A stretch of DNA of 58,945 nt from the NCBI GenBank assembly GCA_964457455.1, contig CAYWJN010000004.1, forward strand, positions 1 to 58,945, written 5' to 3'. The stretch's first letter is position 1. Each line of letters begins with the position of its first letter. Shown here in pieces: positions 9,831-19,568 of this stretch. This DNA is from an uncultured Candidatus Cloacimonadota bacterium (GTDB taxonomy: Bacteria; Cloacimonadota; Cloacimonadia; Cloacimonadales; TCS61). The notes under the pieces were generated by a model. The model was given only the letters and a program-made list of their open reading frames with translations. It was not told where the DNA came from and did no database searches. Position numbers and translations under genes: made by a program.

Positions 9831-9900
9831 TTATATTGGTTTTGTTCATCTGCTTTTTGGAGCGAAGCGGAAAAAAGTCAGGTGGACTAATTTGTTAGCT
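9831..9900 (-). mobile_element. Degenerate integron attC site
   Basis: Minus strand reads AGCTAAC-N7-TCCACCTGAC-ttttttccgcttcgctccaaaaa-GCAGATGA-N8-aatataa. The upstream gene's TAA lies in the R'' box, L'' has two extrahelical bases, and R' GTT is mutated to AAT. Confidence 0.65.
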
Positions 9901-10467
9901 CTTTTTTCCCGTATAAGATGAAAATATCTTTTGTTTAATTTTTTGTTCCATTTTACTATCACCACATGCTGAATATGTAGCCATTTGACATAACCCTATC
10001 AATGTATATGCACCACCTTGAAATTGGATCAAAAATTCATTCTTTGGTTCAGGTGAGCCTATTACTTTATGTACATCAACGGACAATGTTCTTGAAAGAG
10101 CATCCATATCTCCATGGCAATCAGTATATCTTTCACGATATTTCCATGCTCTTGATCCTTCTTCTACCCTTAAATGGTTGCTTAACATGTAATCAAATGA
10201 TAGTTGATCTCTTATATCTTCAATGTAATTCCATGCAATTCCTATCATCGATGTAAGCTGAAATGCCTTTAATATGTCCTCCAATTCACTTTCCGATCTT
10301 ATTTCCTTTGATACTTTAGAGACATCAACTCCTTCTCTTTTTAATTGAGATAACGAACCGAATATATACTCTTCTCTTAAGGTTTCAAAAGATAAAATTA
10401 GTGCATTAATAATATCAGGAAAATTACCTTTACTAACGAAAATTCGTTTTCTACCAAATAAGCTCAT
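9895..10467 (-). CDS. Hypothetical protein (cassette-like cargo)
   Basis: 190-aa ORF with GGAGGG RBS; its stop is embedded in the attC R'' box; no family recognised. Confidence 0.75.
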   Translation of the reverse strand: MSLFGRKRIFVSKGNFPDIINALILSFETLREEYIFGSLSQLKREGVDVSKVSKEIRSESELEDILKAFQLTSMIGIAWNYIEDIRDQLSFDYMLSNHLRVEEGSRAWKYRERYTDCHGDMDALSRTLSVDVHKVIGSPEPKNEFLIQFQGGAYTLIGLCQMATYSACGDSKMEQKIKQKIFSSYTGKKS

Positions 10468-10492
10468 ACTTTATCCCTCCGCGTATTAACAA

Positions 10493-11014
10493 CTACTTAT
10501 TACAATACTCAACTTCCTCGGCAATAATTTTGTCAATAATTTCAAAATACATTCTTAATTCTTTAGCTTCTTCGTGAAGAATATCGAATTCACGATTATC
10601 ATAAAGGAAACAACATATATCGGAAATGTGCTTTTCAGACAATTTAAACCACTCACCTTTAAAATTTAGATGTTTATAATTTTCATGAAGAAATTTTTCT
10701 AAGTATGCAATTTCCCTCCCTAAAAAATCTTCCATATCAGCTTCTACAGCAACAATAAACTTCAAATCAAATGGACAACCGATTTGTAGTGTTTTAATAC
10801 GTTTTTCAATATTGTTTGTTATTCCTATTTCGTAGTAAATAAATGGGCAGCAACGAATAATGTATAAATATCTTGGAGCATCGTTACTCTCCAACAATTT
10901 TTTAAAATTATCTTGTGCCTTTTGTTCTTCTTCTTTATTTAAATTGCTATAATCAAAAAGATCAGCAATATTTTGATGATCTTGTTGTGTAAAATTTACA
11001 CTTTCATAATTCAT
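10493..11014 (-). CDS. T5orf172/MUG113-type GIY-YIG nuclease domain protein
   Basis: YLYII...EIGITNNIEKRIKTLQIGCP...LEKFLHENYKHLNFKGEWFKL matches the GIY-YIG-like T5orf172 pattern (KIG.T...RL..LQTG.P...E..LH......GEWF). Confidence 0.8.
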   Translation of the reverse strand: MNYESVNFTQQDHQNIADLFDYSNLNKEEEQKAQDNFKKLLESNDAPRYLYIIRCCPFIYYEIGITNNIEKRIKTLQIGCPFDLKFIVAVEADMEDFLGREIAYLEKFLHENYKHLNFKGEWFKLSEKHISDICCFLYDNREFDILHEEAKELRMYFEIIDKIIAEEVEYCNK

Positions 11015-11215
11015 TCAAAATCTCCAATTATTATCTTATAAGTTTGTATTAACCTGCTCAAATAATCAGTATATACCATTTCCATGTCCTTTAGCTTAAA
11101 ACTACGTCAATAACGATGAGTAAACTTTCAAAGTCAAATAAAAAAACTGAAGTGCGGATTTTTCAAACTTGCGTCAAGTTTAGGCTCAGTTTCAGTAAGC
11201 TGGAAGCTTGCTCTT

Positions 11216-11234
11216 CTCGACCTGGCAGGTCGAG
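11216..11234. repeat. GC-rich hairpin in a palindrome cluster upstream of hppA
   Basis: ctcgacct-ggc-aggtcgag; nearby aaacttg-cgt-caagttt (11165-11181) and aagctggaagctt. Confidence 0.45.
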
Positions 11235-11326
11235 TTACAGGTCGAACTACAATTCTTGACAAATACGTTGAGCTTAATTTGTTGTCTCATTCATATATAA
11301 CTAAAAAATGACTCAGGAGGGTTTAA

Positions 11327-13588
11327 ATGAACATTCCATTAATCTGGTATGTTGCACCGTTTGGCGCCGTAATGGCATTAATATTTGCGTTTATCTTATT
11401 TAAAGGTGTAAAAAAGGAAGATCCCGGTAATAAGCAGATGCAGAAAATTGCAAAATATGTTCGTGAAGGGTCTTTTGCTTACCTGAAACAGCAATACAAA
11501 GGTGTTACAATTTTCTTTATTATTGCATTTATTCTTTTTAATATTATGGCTCATATTCTGCATGTGCTTCACTGGCTCATTCCTTTTGCATTTCTCACCG
11601 GTGGATTTTTCAGTGGGCTTGCCGGCTGGATAGGAATGAATACCGCAACCCTTGCTTCCAATAGAACAGCCCAGGGAGCTTCTAAAAGTCTTGATAAAGG
11701 TTTGAAGGTTGCTTTCCGTGCCGGTGGAGTAATGGGACTTGTAGTTGTTGGATTGGCATTAGTAGATATTTCTGCCTGGTTTTTTATTATGAAAAATTTC
11801 ATGAAATTAGACCTTCATACGATAACTGTAGTTATGCTCAGCTTTGGAATGGGAGCTTCTACCCAGGCACTTTTTGCCCGCCTTGGTGGAGGAATCTATA
11901 CAAAAGCTGCAGACGTGGGTGCAGACCTGGTAGGAAAAGTCGAAGCTGGAATCCCGGAAGACGACCCGCGTAATCCTGCCACGATAGCAGATAACGTGGG
12001 AGATAACGTTGGTGATGTAGCAGGAATGGGTGCAGACCTCTATGAATCTTATTGCGGTTCGATATTGGCAACTGCTGCTTTGGGAATGGCAGCAGTAACT
12101 CAGATATTCGGTCATGGAACTGTAGATATGAATACCTGGGCTATCAAGTTCGTAACTGCTCCGATGGTTCTTGCAGGGGTAGGTGCATTCCTTTCCATTT
12201 TGGGAATTTATATGGTTTCCACCAAGGAAGGCGCAGATACCAAAGAACTGCTGTTCGCCTTGAACAAAGGTGTTTACGGAAGCTCAATCCTGATAGCGAT
12301 AGTTGCATTTTTTGTTACAAAGTTCATGCTTCCTGCAGAGTATTCGCTGGGTGTTTTCCTGGCAAGTATGATAGGACTTTTTGCAGGGATACTGATAGGA
12401 TTTTTTACTGAACGCTCAACTTCACACAGCTATGCTCCTACTCGTGGAATTGTAAAACAGGCAGAGTTCGGACCTGCCACAGTGATCATCGATGGACTTG
12501 CAGTGGGAATGAAATCCGTAGCAGCTCCGGTTATTATCATTGGAATTGCCATTCTGGCAGCTTTCGGTGTGAGTAAAGGATTCACAACTCCGGAAATGGG
12601 ACTTTACGGAATAGGCTTTGGAGCTGTGGGAATGCTTGCCACTCTGGGCGTAACTCTTGCTATGGATGCGTTTGGACCGATAGCAGATAATGCAGGCGGG
12701 AATGCAGAAATGAGCAAGCTTCCGGAAAAAGTGAGAAAAAGAACAGATGACCTTGATTCTGTAGGAAACACAACTGCTGCCACAGGAAAAGGCTTTGCAA
12801 TCGGTTCGGCTGCACTTACCGCTATGGCACTTCTGGCAGCTTATCTCGAAGAAGTGAGAGTAGGATTGATCTTTGCCGGTGAGAAAGCCGGATTGGAAGT
12901 CAGCAAGATAGTTATGGACATAAAGATGGCAAATGGTGAGATTTTTGCAGTGGAAACAGCAAAAGCTACAATTGCAGATTTTATAAATTACTATCAAATC
13001 AATTTAATGAATCCCAAATTCTTAATTGGTATTTTTATGGGAGCTATGGTTACATTCGTTTTTGCTGCACTCACGATGAAAGCTGTAGGACGGGCAGCCG
13101 GAGCAATGGTTGCAGAAGTACGACGTCAGTTCAAAGAAATCCCGGGTATTTTGGAAGGTACAGCAGAACCCGAATATGCAAAGTGTGTTCATATATCTAC
13201 AGTTGGAGCACAAAAGGAAATGGTTGCTCCTGCTCTGTTGGGAATTCTCACACCTATTGTTATTGGTATGATAACTGGCGTTGCAGGTGTGATGGGAGTT
13301 TTAACGGGCGGATTAACAACAGGTTTTGTGCTGGCAGTTATGATGAACAATGCTGGAGGTGCTTGGGATAATGCAAAAAAATATGTTGAAACAGGGCATT
13401 TTGGCGGCAAGGGTTCCGATTATCATAAGGCAACTGTGGTTGGAGATACTGTGGGTGATCCGTTCAAGGATACATCCGGTCCTTCCATAAATATCCTCAT
13501 AAAACTTATGAGTATGGTCAGCATTGTTTTCGCAGGTCTTATCGTTGCCTTTTCTCCCGCTATCCAAAAATTTCTCGGAATCATCTAA
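11327..13588 (+). CDS. hppA: Membrane-integral K+-dependent Na+ (probably Na+,H+)-translocating pyrophosphatase
   Basis: [35 protein letters not shown] (Ala, K+-dependent type), [14 protein letters not shown]; TTGACA at 11256 and AGGAGG RBS. Confidence 0.97.
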   Translation: MNIPLIWYVAPFGAVMALIFAFILFKGVKKEDPGNKQMQKIAKYVREGSFAYLKQQYKGVTIFFIIAFILFNIMAHILHVLHWLIPFAFLTGGFFSGLAGWIGMNTATLASNRTAQGASKSLDKGLKVAFRAGGVMGLVVVGLALVDISAWFFIMKNFMKLDLHTITVVMLSFGMGASTQALFARLGGGIYTKAADVGADLVGKVEAGIPEDDPRNPATIADNVGDNVGDVAGMGADLYESYCGSILATAALGMAAVTQIFGHGTVDMNTWAIKFVTAPMVLAGVGAFLSILGIYMVSTKEGADTKELLFALNKGVYGSSILIAIVAFFVTKFMLPAEYSLGVFLASMIGLFAGILIGFFTERSTSHSYAPTRGIVKQAEFGPATVIIDGLAVGMKSVAAPVIIIGIAILAAFGVSKGFTTPEMGLYGIGFGAVGMLATLGVTLAMDAFGPIADNAGGNAEMSKLPEKVRKRTDDLDSVGNTTAATGKGFAIGSAALTAMALLAAYLEEVRVGLIFAGEKAGLEVSKIVMDIKMANGEIFAVETAKATIADFINYYQINLMNPKFLIGIFMGAMVTFVFAALTMKAVGRAAGAMVAEVRRQFKEIPGILEGTAEPEYAKCVHISTVGAQKEMVAPALLGILTPIVIGMITGVAGVMGVLTGGLTTGFVLAVMMNNAGGAWDNAKKYVETGHFGGKGSDYHKATVVGDTVGDPFKDTSGPSINILIKLMSMVSIVFAGLIVAFSPAIQKFLGII

Positions 13589-13610
13589 AAAAGATAAAAA
13601 TTCCTTTACA

Positions 13611-13637
13611 AAAGACGGGACTTTTTGTCCCGTCTTT
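13611..13637 (+). terminator. Intrinsic terminator-like hairpin after hppA
   Basis: aaagacgggac-ttttt-gtcccgtcttt, 11-bp stem. Confidence 0.7.
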
Positions 13638-13643
13638 CCTATT

Positions 13644-15773
13644 ATGAAAAAGAAAATAATTATCGGTTCACTTCTCATTTTCTCTCTCTTTTTGCATTCG
13701 CAGGATAAGATAGGACTTGCCCTCAGCGGTGGCGGTGCTCGCGGGTTGGCTCAAATTGGTGTTTTAAAGGTAATCGATGAATTAGGAATTCAGGTTGATT
13801 TCATTGCTGGAACAAGCACCGGAGCTCTCATTGGTGGATTATATGCTATGGGTTATTCCGGTGCAGAGATCGAAGAAATTTTTCTTAAAATGGATTGGAA
13901 AGAAATCCTTAATGACAAAATTTCCCGAAAAGATATTTACATCAGCCAGAAACGTTGGCAACCATATGAAAATTTCTCTTTCGACCTTGATGAAAACTAT
14001 TTACCAAAAATACCTCAAGCTTTTTTTGTAGGAAATAACCTGATAAATTTTTTATTTGATCTTACATATCCGGTTTCTGTAGTAGCAAATTTCAATGAAT
14101 TACCTATTCCATTTCGCTGTAATGCAACCAATATCTTAACTGGAGAACTTAAAGTTTTTTCTGATGGTCCTCTTCACGAAGCAATTCGCTCTTCCATTTC
14201 TTTCCCTTCTATTTTAAAGCCTTTTGAATTGGATGATGGGCTGTATGTTGATGGTGGATTGCTGGCAAATTTGCCTGCTGAGATTGTTGCAGAAATGGGT
14301 GCAGATTTTGTGATTGGTGTACAGACAAATTCCGGTTTAAAAGAAAAAGAGGAAATTGAAAGCTTGATCGATGTGCTGGATCAAACTGTGAACCTGAGCA
14401 TCACGAGTAATATCAACAAATCTACTGAATTTTGTGATTTGATCATCAAGCCAGAGTTGGATAATATTTCGGTTCTGGATTTTTCAAAGAAAAAAGAGAT
14501 CATTTTAGCAGGAGAAATTGCCGCCAGGAAACATCTTCAAAAAATAGAAAATTCAAAAAAGAAAACTATAAAACAAATAAATATACTTCCACCTGAAATA
14601 CAATTTTCAAAAATTATAATTCTGGGAAACAAACATTTAAGTAAATCCAAAGTAAAAGAATTTTTAGGTTTGAAAACAGATATATTTTATGTAAAATCCG
14701 ATATTATTCTGGCAGTGAAAAATGCTTATGACTCCCAACTATTCTCTCTGATTTATCCAATAATTGAAAAAATAGATGAAAAATATATCATCAAAATCAA
14801 GGTAAGAGAAAATGATAGGAAGCAGTTGGGAATAAACTTTGGTTACATCAATAATAAGGATATTATTCTGGGTGCTACTTTCAGTTTTGATAATATGATT
14901 CAGAGGAATTCCAAACTTTTATTCAATTTTCAAGTTGGTGATAAAAAAGAACTTAACCTCGATTATGTGAAAAATTTCGGTAAACACTGGGGAATCTATT
15001 TCAGGATCTTTCCATATCTAAAAGAACAAAGAATCTATTCTTATAATGAAGAGCATAAAAAAACCGGTAGTGTGAAATCATTGGAAACAGGCGGTACTAT
15101 TGGAATTGGAATTTATGCAAAAAAAGCTGTGATTCTCGAAGGTTACGGCTTTACATTTAATACCAGACTTTACCAGGATATTGCGGATTTTGAAGACAGA
15201 TATTATCATTCAACAGGAGTTGGTCTGAAATTGTATCATGAAAACCTGGATGATTTTGTGTTTCCCATGAAAGGGCTGCAATTCCTGATGAAATTTAATA
15301 CAGCCAGAAAGATTTTCTTCAGCGACAGCGGTTATAAAAAGTTATACTCAAAAGCACGGATTTTAATACCTTTCAAAGATAAGATTTCATTAAAATGTCA
15401 GTTTGAATATGGTACTTATTTCAAAAAATATGATTTAGATTTTGATCCGTTTTACATTGGTGGGATCGATAGTTTTCTGGGTTGTTACACCGGTGAACGC
15501 AGTGCTCCAATATACAAAATACACTCTCTCGCAATAAGATATAAAATTTTGAATAATCTTTTTGCGGATTTACAGTACAATTTATTAAATCTTGGAACTA
15601 AAGATGTCTGGCTTCCGGAAAAGAATCTTTATCCTGCTTATGGTATAAAAATCGGTTATAAATCTTTACTCGGACCGGTGAGAGTTGCCGCTGCCATCGA
15701 TGAGGAAAATAGAACTTACTATTATCTTTCCATTGGCTACGAATTCGACCCATTTGAATTCTCCAGAAGATAA
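13644..15773 (+). CDS. Patatin-like phospholipase with POTRA and C-terminal beta-barrel (PlpD-like)
   Basis: Signal peptide from ATG 13644 (MKKKIIIGSLLIFSLFLHS), GLALSGGGARG, GTSTG nucleophile, DGG motif, POTRA-like IIILGNKHL segment, barrel-like C-terminus. The ORF-track start 13524 overlaps hppA and is unlikely. Confidence 0.88.
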   Translation: MKKKIIIGSLLIFSLFLHSQDKIGLALSGGGARGLAQIGVLKVIDELGIQVDFIAGTSTGALIGGLYAMGYSGAEIEEIFLKMDWKEILNDKISRKDIYISQKRWQPYENFSFDLDENYLPKIPQAFFVGNNLINFLFDLTYPVSVVANFNELPIPFRCNATNILTGELKVFSDGPLHEAIRSSISFPSILKPFELDDGLYVDGGLLANLPAEIVAEMGADFVIGVQTNSGLKEKEEIESLIDVLDQTVNLSITSNINKSTEFCDLIIKPELDNISVLDFSKKKEIILAGEIAARKHLQKIENSKKKTIKQINILPPEIQFSKIIILGNKHLSKSKVKEFLGLKTDIFYVKSDIILAVKNAYDSQLFSLIYPIIEKIDEKYIIKIKVRENDRKQLGINFGYINNKDIILGATFSFDNMIQRNSKLLFNFQVGDKKELNLDYVKNFGKHWGIYFRIFPYLKEQRIYSYNEEHKKTGSVKSLETGGTIGIGIYAKKAVILEGYGFTFNTRLYQDIADFEDRYYHSTGVGLKLYHENLDDFVFPMKGLQFLMKFNTARKIFFSDSGYKKLYSKARILIPFKDKISLKCQFEYGTYFKKYDLDFDPFYIGGIDSFLGCYTGERSAPIYKIHSLAIRYKILNNLFADLQYNLLNLGTKDVWLPEKNLYPAYGIKIGYKSLLGPVRVAAAIDEENRTYYYLSIGYEFDPFEFSRR

Positions 15774-15849
15774 TCACCGATTAAATAACAAATATCATAT
15801 TTCAAATATCAAATAAAATTTCAAATATTTGAAAACCGATCCCAGTTAA

Positions 15850-16035
15850 ATGAATAACGGTTATGTTTTAAATAAAATAAATCTCAGTATTGCTTATCCG
15901 CTTATGACAAGCATCGGTTTTATAATAGTAGTTTCTTTTTCTATCTTTTTCTTAAGTGAAAAAGTAGTTCCTTTACAGGTTTTAGGTCTTTTTTTGATTC
16001 TTACCGGAGTCTGGTTAGTAGCCAGTTTTAGATAA
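15850..16035 (+). pseudogene. C-terminal half of an SMR/EamA (DMT) small transporter
   Basis: LNKINLSIAYPLMTSIGFIIVVSFSIFFLSEKVVPLQVLGLFLILTGVWLV has the LS.AYP...E......G..LI..GV pattern, but only two of four helices are present. Confidence 0.6.
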
Positions 16036-16224
16036 TTTTATATTTATGAATATGGGAGAAAATCAAACTCCAAAAGATATCCTGAAAAATGAAAATAAAA
16101 AAACTTGCCAAAGAAAATTGAATTTTAGTCCTATCATCATCGATGAGTTTATGAAAGATATTATGAATATTAAAATGAATGGATACTTTTACTGTTTACC
16201 GGTCAGAATGAAAGAATTTGGAAT

Positions 16225-16260
16225 TTGACAAAAATCTAATCGAAAAAACTTTTGCAAAAT
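16225..16260 (+). promoter_or_regulatory. Putative promoter of the Fe-S/FN3 operon
   Basis: TTGACA 16225-16230, then 20 nt, then TTTGCAAAAT; about 80 nt before ATG 16340. Confidence 0.45.
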
Positions 16261-16339
16261 GGAATAAATGATGCTTGAATAAATAAGTTAATTTTGATTT
16301 TCGGATAATAGAATTTAAAGGTTTCAGGACTTAAATATA

Positions 16340-19300
16340 ATGAGAAAGAATCTGGCTTGGATTATCGTTCTAATATTTGTTTTATTTCTTTTGATAAGCT
16401 GTACAGATAGTGTAAAAAAAATATTACACTTTGCTGAAGATATCCGTGTTGAATATTCCAAATGTTCAGCTTGTTATGAATGTATAAACAATTTCCAGTG
16501 CCCTGAAGATGCGATCAAAATCGATAACAGAACCTACACGGTTTATATCGATTCAGACAAATGTGTTGGATGCATGAAATGCATAAACCAGTTCCAATGC
16601 CCGGAAAATGCCATAACTATCAAAAGAGACCTTATCTCACCTGCAGAAATCAGCAATTTTAATGCTGTCTCAAATTCTATTGGAGAACTGAATATCCAAT
16701 TTATTGCAACAGGTGATGATTCCACTTTTGGTCGCGCTTTCAGATATGAATTTAGTCTAAAAAACCAAAATGGAATAGAAATTGAAACCGACTTTGAAGT
16801 TCCGTTGCCGCTTCAAGCCGGAGCTTTGGAAGCTTGGACAATTCAGGATCTGCCTGAAAATGAGATGCTCACAGTTCAGCTTCAGGCATTCGATGAAGTA
16901 GAACAAAGCTGTGAATCCACTTATCAGCAGGTCTTGATTCAAGGCATCATTCCAGATACAATTCCTCCAGCTCCAATCACAGACCTTTCAGTTGGCTCGG
17001 TTTCTCAAAATACAATTTTATTAAATTGGACAGCAGTCGGTGATGATAGTCTGGAAGGAACTGCTCAATCTTACATCATGAAAATATCTAATGAAGAAAT
17101 AACCATTCAAAACTGGGAAGATATTGACGAATATGAACAGAATTTAATTCCACAGGAATCCGGTTCATCCGAATCAATTGTAATATCAGATTTAGATGCA
17201 TCCACAAATTATTTTGCAGCTATAAAAGTTTTGGATGATGCTCAGAATCTATCTTTTTTATCAAATGTAATTTCCGAAACAACCTCAGATTTACCTGATG
17301 AAACTCCTCCTGCTGGCATCAATGATTTGCAGGTAGAATCCACTCAAACAGAAATTACTTTGTCCTGGACTTCTACTGGTGATGACGGGTTTGAAGGCAC
17401 CGCTTATGAATATATCATCAAAGTTCATGATGCTCCCATTAATGTCTCCAACTGGGATGAAGCGGAAACTTTGCCAAATCCTCCCACACCATTACCTTCC
17501 GGTTCCCTGCAATCCTATCTTTACACGGATGTAGAGTTTGGAATCGTTTATTATTTTGCCATAAAAGTTTATGATGATGTCCTCAATGAATCTGAAATTT
17601 CCAATGTTGTGAATTCAACTTTACTTGAAGATTCGATTCCTCCAGCAACAATAACCGATCTTTCTGTGGATTCTGTTTCTCAAAATACAATCCTCATAAA
17701 CTGGACAGCAGTTGGTGATGATGGTTTGGAAGGAACTGCTCAATCCTACATCATAAAAATAAATACTGAAGAAATCACCATAGAGAATTGGGACGATTTA
17801 CCAGCATATGAACAAAGCGTAATTCCTCAAGAATCAGGAGCTTTGGAATCATTTGTAATAGCTGGTTTAGAATCTTCTACAAATTATTACGCTGCTATCA
17901 AAGTTCTGGATGAAGTTCAAAATATCTCTTCCTTATCAAATGTTATCAATGCATATACTTCAGAAATTCCAGATACAATTCCTCCTGCAGCAATTGATGA
18001 CCTGCAGGCTGAATCTTCTGAAATAGAAATCATATTATCCTGGACTTCTACCGGAGATGATGGATTAGAAGGAATTGCCTTTGCTTATGAAATAAAAGTT
18101 CATGATGAACTGATAACCGAAGATAATTGGGAAATTGCTGATCTTCTCCCCAATCCCCCGACTCCGCTGCCTTCCGGTTCGCAACAAAATTATTCTTATC
18201 TTGAAGGTGAGCCGGGAACTGTTTACTTTTTTGCTATTAAAGTTTTGGATGATGTTCTCAATGTTTCTCCTCTTTCAAATGTTATTAATTCGACTTTGCT
18301 TGAAGATACAACTCCACCAGCTCAAATAACCGATCTGGAAGTTGGTTCGGTTTCTACAGAAACAATTCAATTGAACTGGACTGCTGTTGGTGATGATGGT
18401 TTGGATGGAACTGCTCAATCTTATATTATAAGAATAAGTACTGTAGAAATCTCTAATTTGAATTGGGAATTTTTACCTGAATTTCCCCAAAATATGATCC
18501 CTCAAGCTCCAGGAACTTTGGAATCTATTGTGATTACGGAATTAGAGCCTTCCACAAATTATTATGCGGCTGTAAAAGCAGTAGATGACGCACAAAATAT
18601 TTCACCTCTATCTAATGTGGTAAATGAAACAACTGCAAATTTGCCGGATTACATTCCTCCAGCTGCCATCGATGATCTTGATGCTGAACCCGATCAATCA
18701 GATATAATCCTCATCTGGACAGCTACCGGTGATGACGGATATGAAGGAACTGCCTACGAATATGAAATCCGATATGCTGAGATTCCAATTACAGAAGGGA
18801 ATTGGGATGAAGCTGAACTTTTACCAAATCCTCCTATTCCGCTTCCTTCAGGTTCCATTCAGAATTATACTTTTTCAGATGGGATTGTGGGTATAACCTA
18901 TTATTTTGCCATCAAAGTTTATGATGATGTTCTGAATGTCTCCCCTATATCAAACAATGCCACAGCTATCTTGGAAGAAGATTTAATCCCGCCTTCAGCA
19001 ATAACAGATTTATCTGTATTGGAGATTATTCCGGTAAATCTTTCAACTATAAAAATAAGCTGGACTGCACCCGGAGATGATGGTGATGAGGGAACTGCTT
19101 CCTTATATGAAATCCGATATCACAATACACCAATAACTGAATTAAACTGGCAAAATGCAACTCTGTATCCTGACCCGCCGGAACCGGAAATTGCCGGAAC
19201 TTATCAAACCTGTAATGTGACAAATTTGCAAGTAGGAACTATTTATTACTTTGCCATAAAAGCATTTGATGAGAATAACAATGCCGGTGATATTTCCAAT

Positions 19301-19501
19301 TCCCCAGGTGGAAAGATAGTATATCAGATCAATCACGCTGCCTGCCGTAACTGTAACAGTTGCATTAATACTTGCAGCTATGGAGCTATATCACAGGGAC
19401 CGGGTTATAAAACGATTGACCCGGATCTTTGCACTGCATGTGGAACTTGTGTTCCGTATTGTAATTGGAACTTAATTTATCGATTTGTAGTTGCTTACTG
19501 A
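16340..19501 (+). CDS. Lipoprotein: N-terminal 2x[4Fe-4S]-type domain, eight FN3-like repeats, C-terminal 2x[4Fe-4S]-type domain
   Basis: Lipobox LLISC (Cys21). CSACYECINNFQCP and CVGCMKCINQFQCP at the N-terminus; eight D..PP..I.DL...W(T)A.GDD..G.A..Y repeats; CRNCNSCINTC and CTACGTCVPYC at the C-terminus. Confidence 0.9.
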   Translation: MRKNLAWIIVLIFVLFLLISCTDSVKKILHFAEDIRVEYSKCSACYECINNFQCPEDAIKIDNRTYTVYIDSDKCVGCMKCINQFQCPENAITIKRDLISPAEISNFNAVSNSIGELNIQFIATGDDSTFGRAFRYEFSLKNQNGIEIETDFEVPLPLQAGALEAWTIQDLPENEMLTVQLQAFDEVEQSCESTYQQVLIQGIIPDTIPPAPITDLSVGSVSQNTILLNWTAVGDDSLEGTAQSYIMKISNEEITIQNWEDIDEYEQNLIPQESGSSESIVISDLDASTNYFAAIKVLDDAQNLSFLSNVISETTSDLPDETPPAGINDLQVESTQTEITLSWTSTGDDGFEGTAYEYIIKVHDAPINVSNWDEAETLPNPPTPLPSGSLQSYLYTDVEFGIVYYFAIKVYDDVLNESEISNVVNSTLLEDSIPPATITDLSVDSVSQNTILINWTAVGDDGLEGTAQSYIIKINTEEITIENWDDLPAYEQSVIPQESGALESFVIAGLESSTNYYAAIKVLDEVQNISSLSNVINAYTSEIPDTIPPAAIDDLQAESSEIEIILSWTSTGDDGLEGIAFAYEIKVHDELITEDNWEIADLLPNPPTPLPSGSQQNYSYLEGEPGTVYFFAIKVLDDVLNVSPLSNVINSTLLEDTTPPAQITDLEVGSVSTETIQLNWTAVGDDGLDGTAQSYIIRISTVEISNLNWEFLPEFPQNMIPQAPGTLESIVITELEPSTNYYAAVKAVDDAQNISPLSNVVNETTANLPDYIPPAAIDDLDAEPDQSDIILIWTATGDDGYEGTAYEYEIRYAEIPITEGNWDEAELLPNPPIPLPSGSIQNYTFSDGIVGITYYFAIKVYDDVLNVSPISNNATAILEEDLIPPSAITDLSVLEIIPVNLSTIKISWTAPGDDGDEGTASLYEIRYHNTPITELNWQNATLYPDPPEPEIAGTYQTCNVTNLQVGTIYYFAIKAFDENNNAGDISNSPGGKIVYQINHAACRNCNSCINTCSYGAISQGPGYKTIDPDLCTACGTCVPYCNWNLIYRFVVAY
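16964..19000 (+). repeat. Intragenic tandem repeat, 675-nt (225-aa) two-domain unit
   Basis: The PP codons of the A-type repeats start at 16964, 17639, 18314 and 18989, each exactly 675 nt apart. Confidence 0.85.
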
Positions 19502-19568
19502 TAAATCATAATCCAAAAGGAAAATAGATGAAAAATAATTACATATTACATTCGACACCACTTACTCC

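Noticed and set aside
9520-11200. Prophage or IS element in the accessory islet
   Set aside because: No integrase, transposase, terminal inverted repeats with target duplication, or phage structural genes.
13524-13643. ORF-track N-terminal extension of the patatin protein (likewise extended starts at 19924, 20169, 28828, 37610, 41986 and 47546)
   Set aside because: They overlap upstream genes, terminators or REPs. Downstream ATGs give proper signal peptides or RBS spacing.
11569-13678. Many antisense and alternate-frame ORFs over hppA (similarly over lepA, the fab genes and the propeller gene)
   Set aside because: Shadow ORFs of strongly conserved genes with no independent motifs or RBS.
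16046-16228. 60-aa ORF before the Fe-S operon
   Set aside because: No homology cues or RBS, and its stop lies within the TTGACA promoter hexamer.
16964-19000. Regularly spaced repeats as a CRISPR array
   Set aside because: The 675-nt period lies inside an open frame, the units are protein domains, and no cas genes are present.
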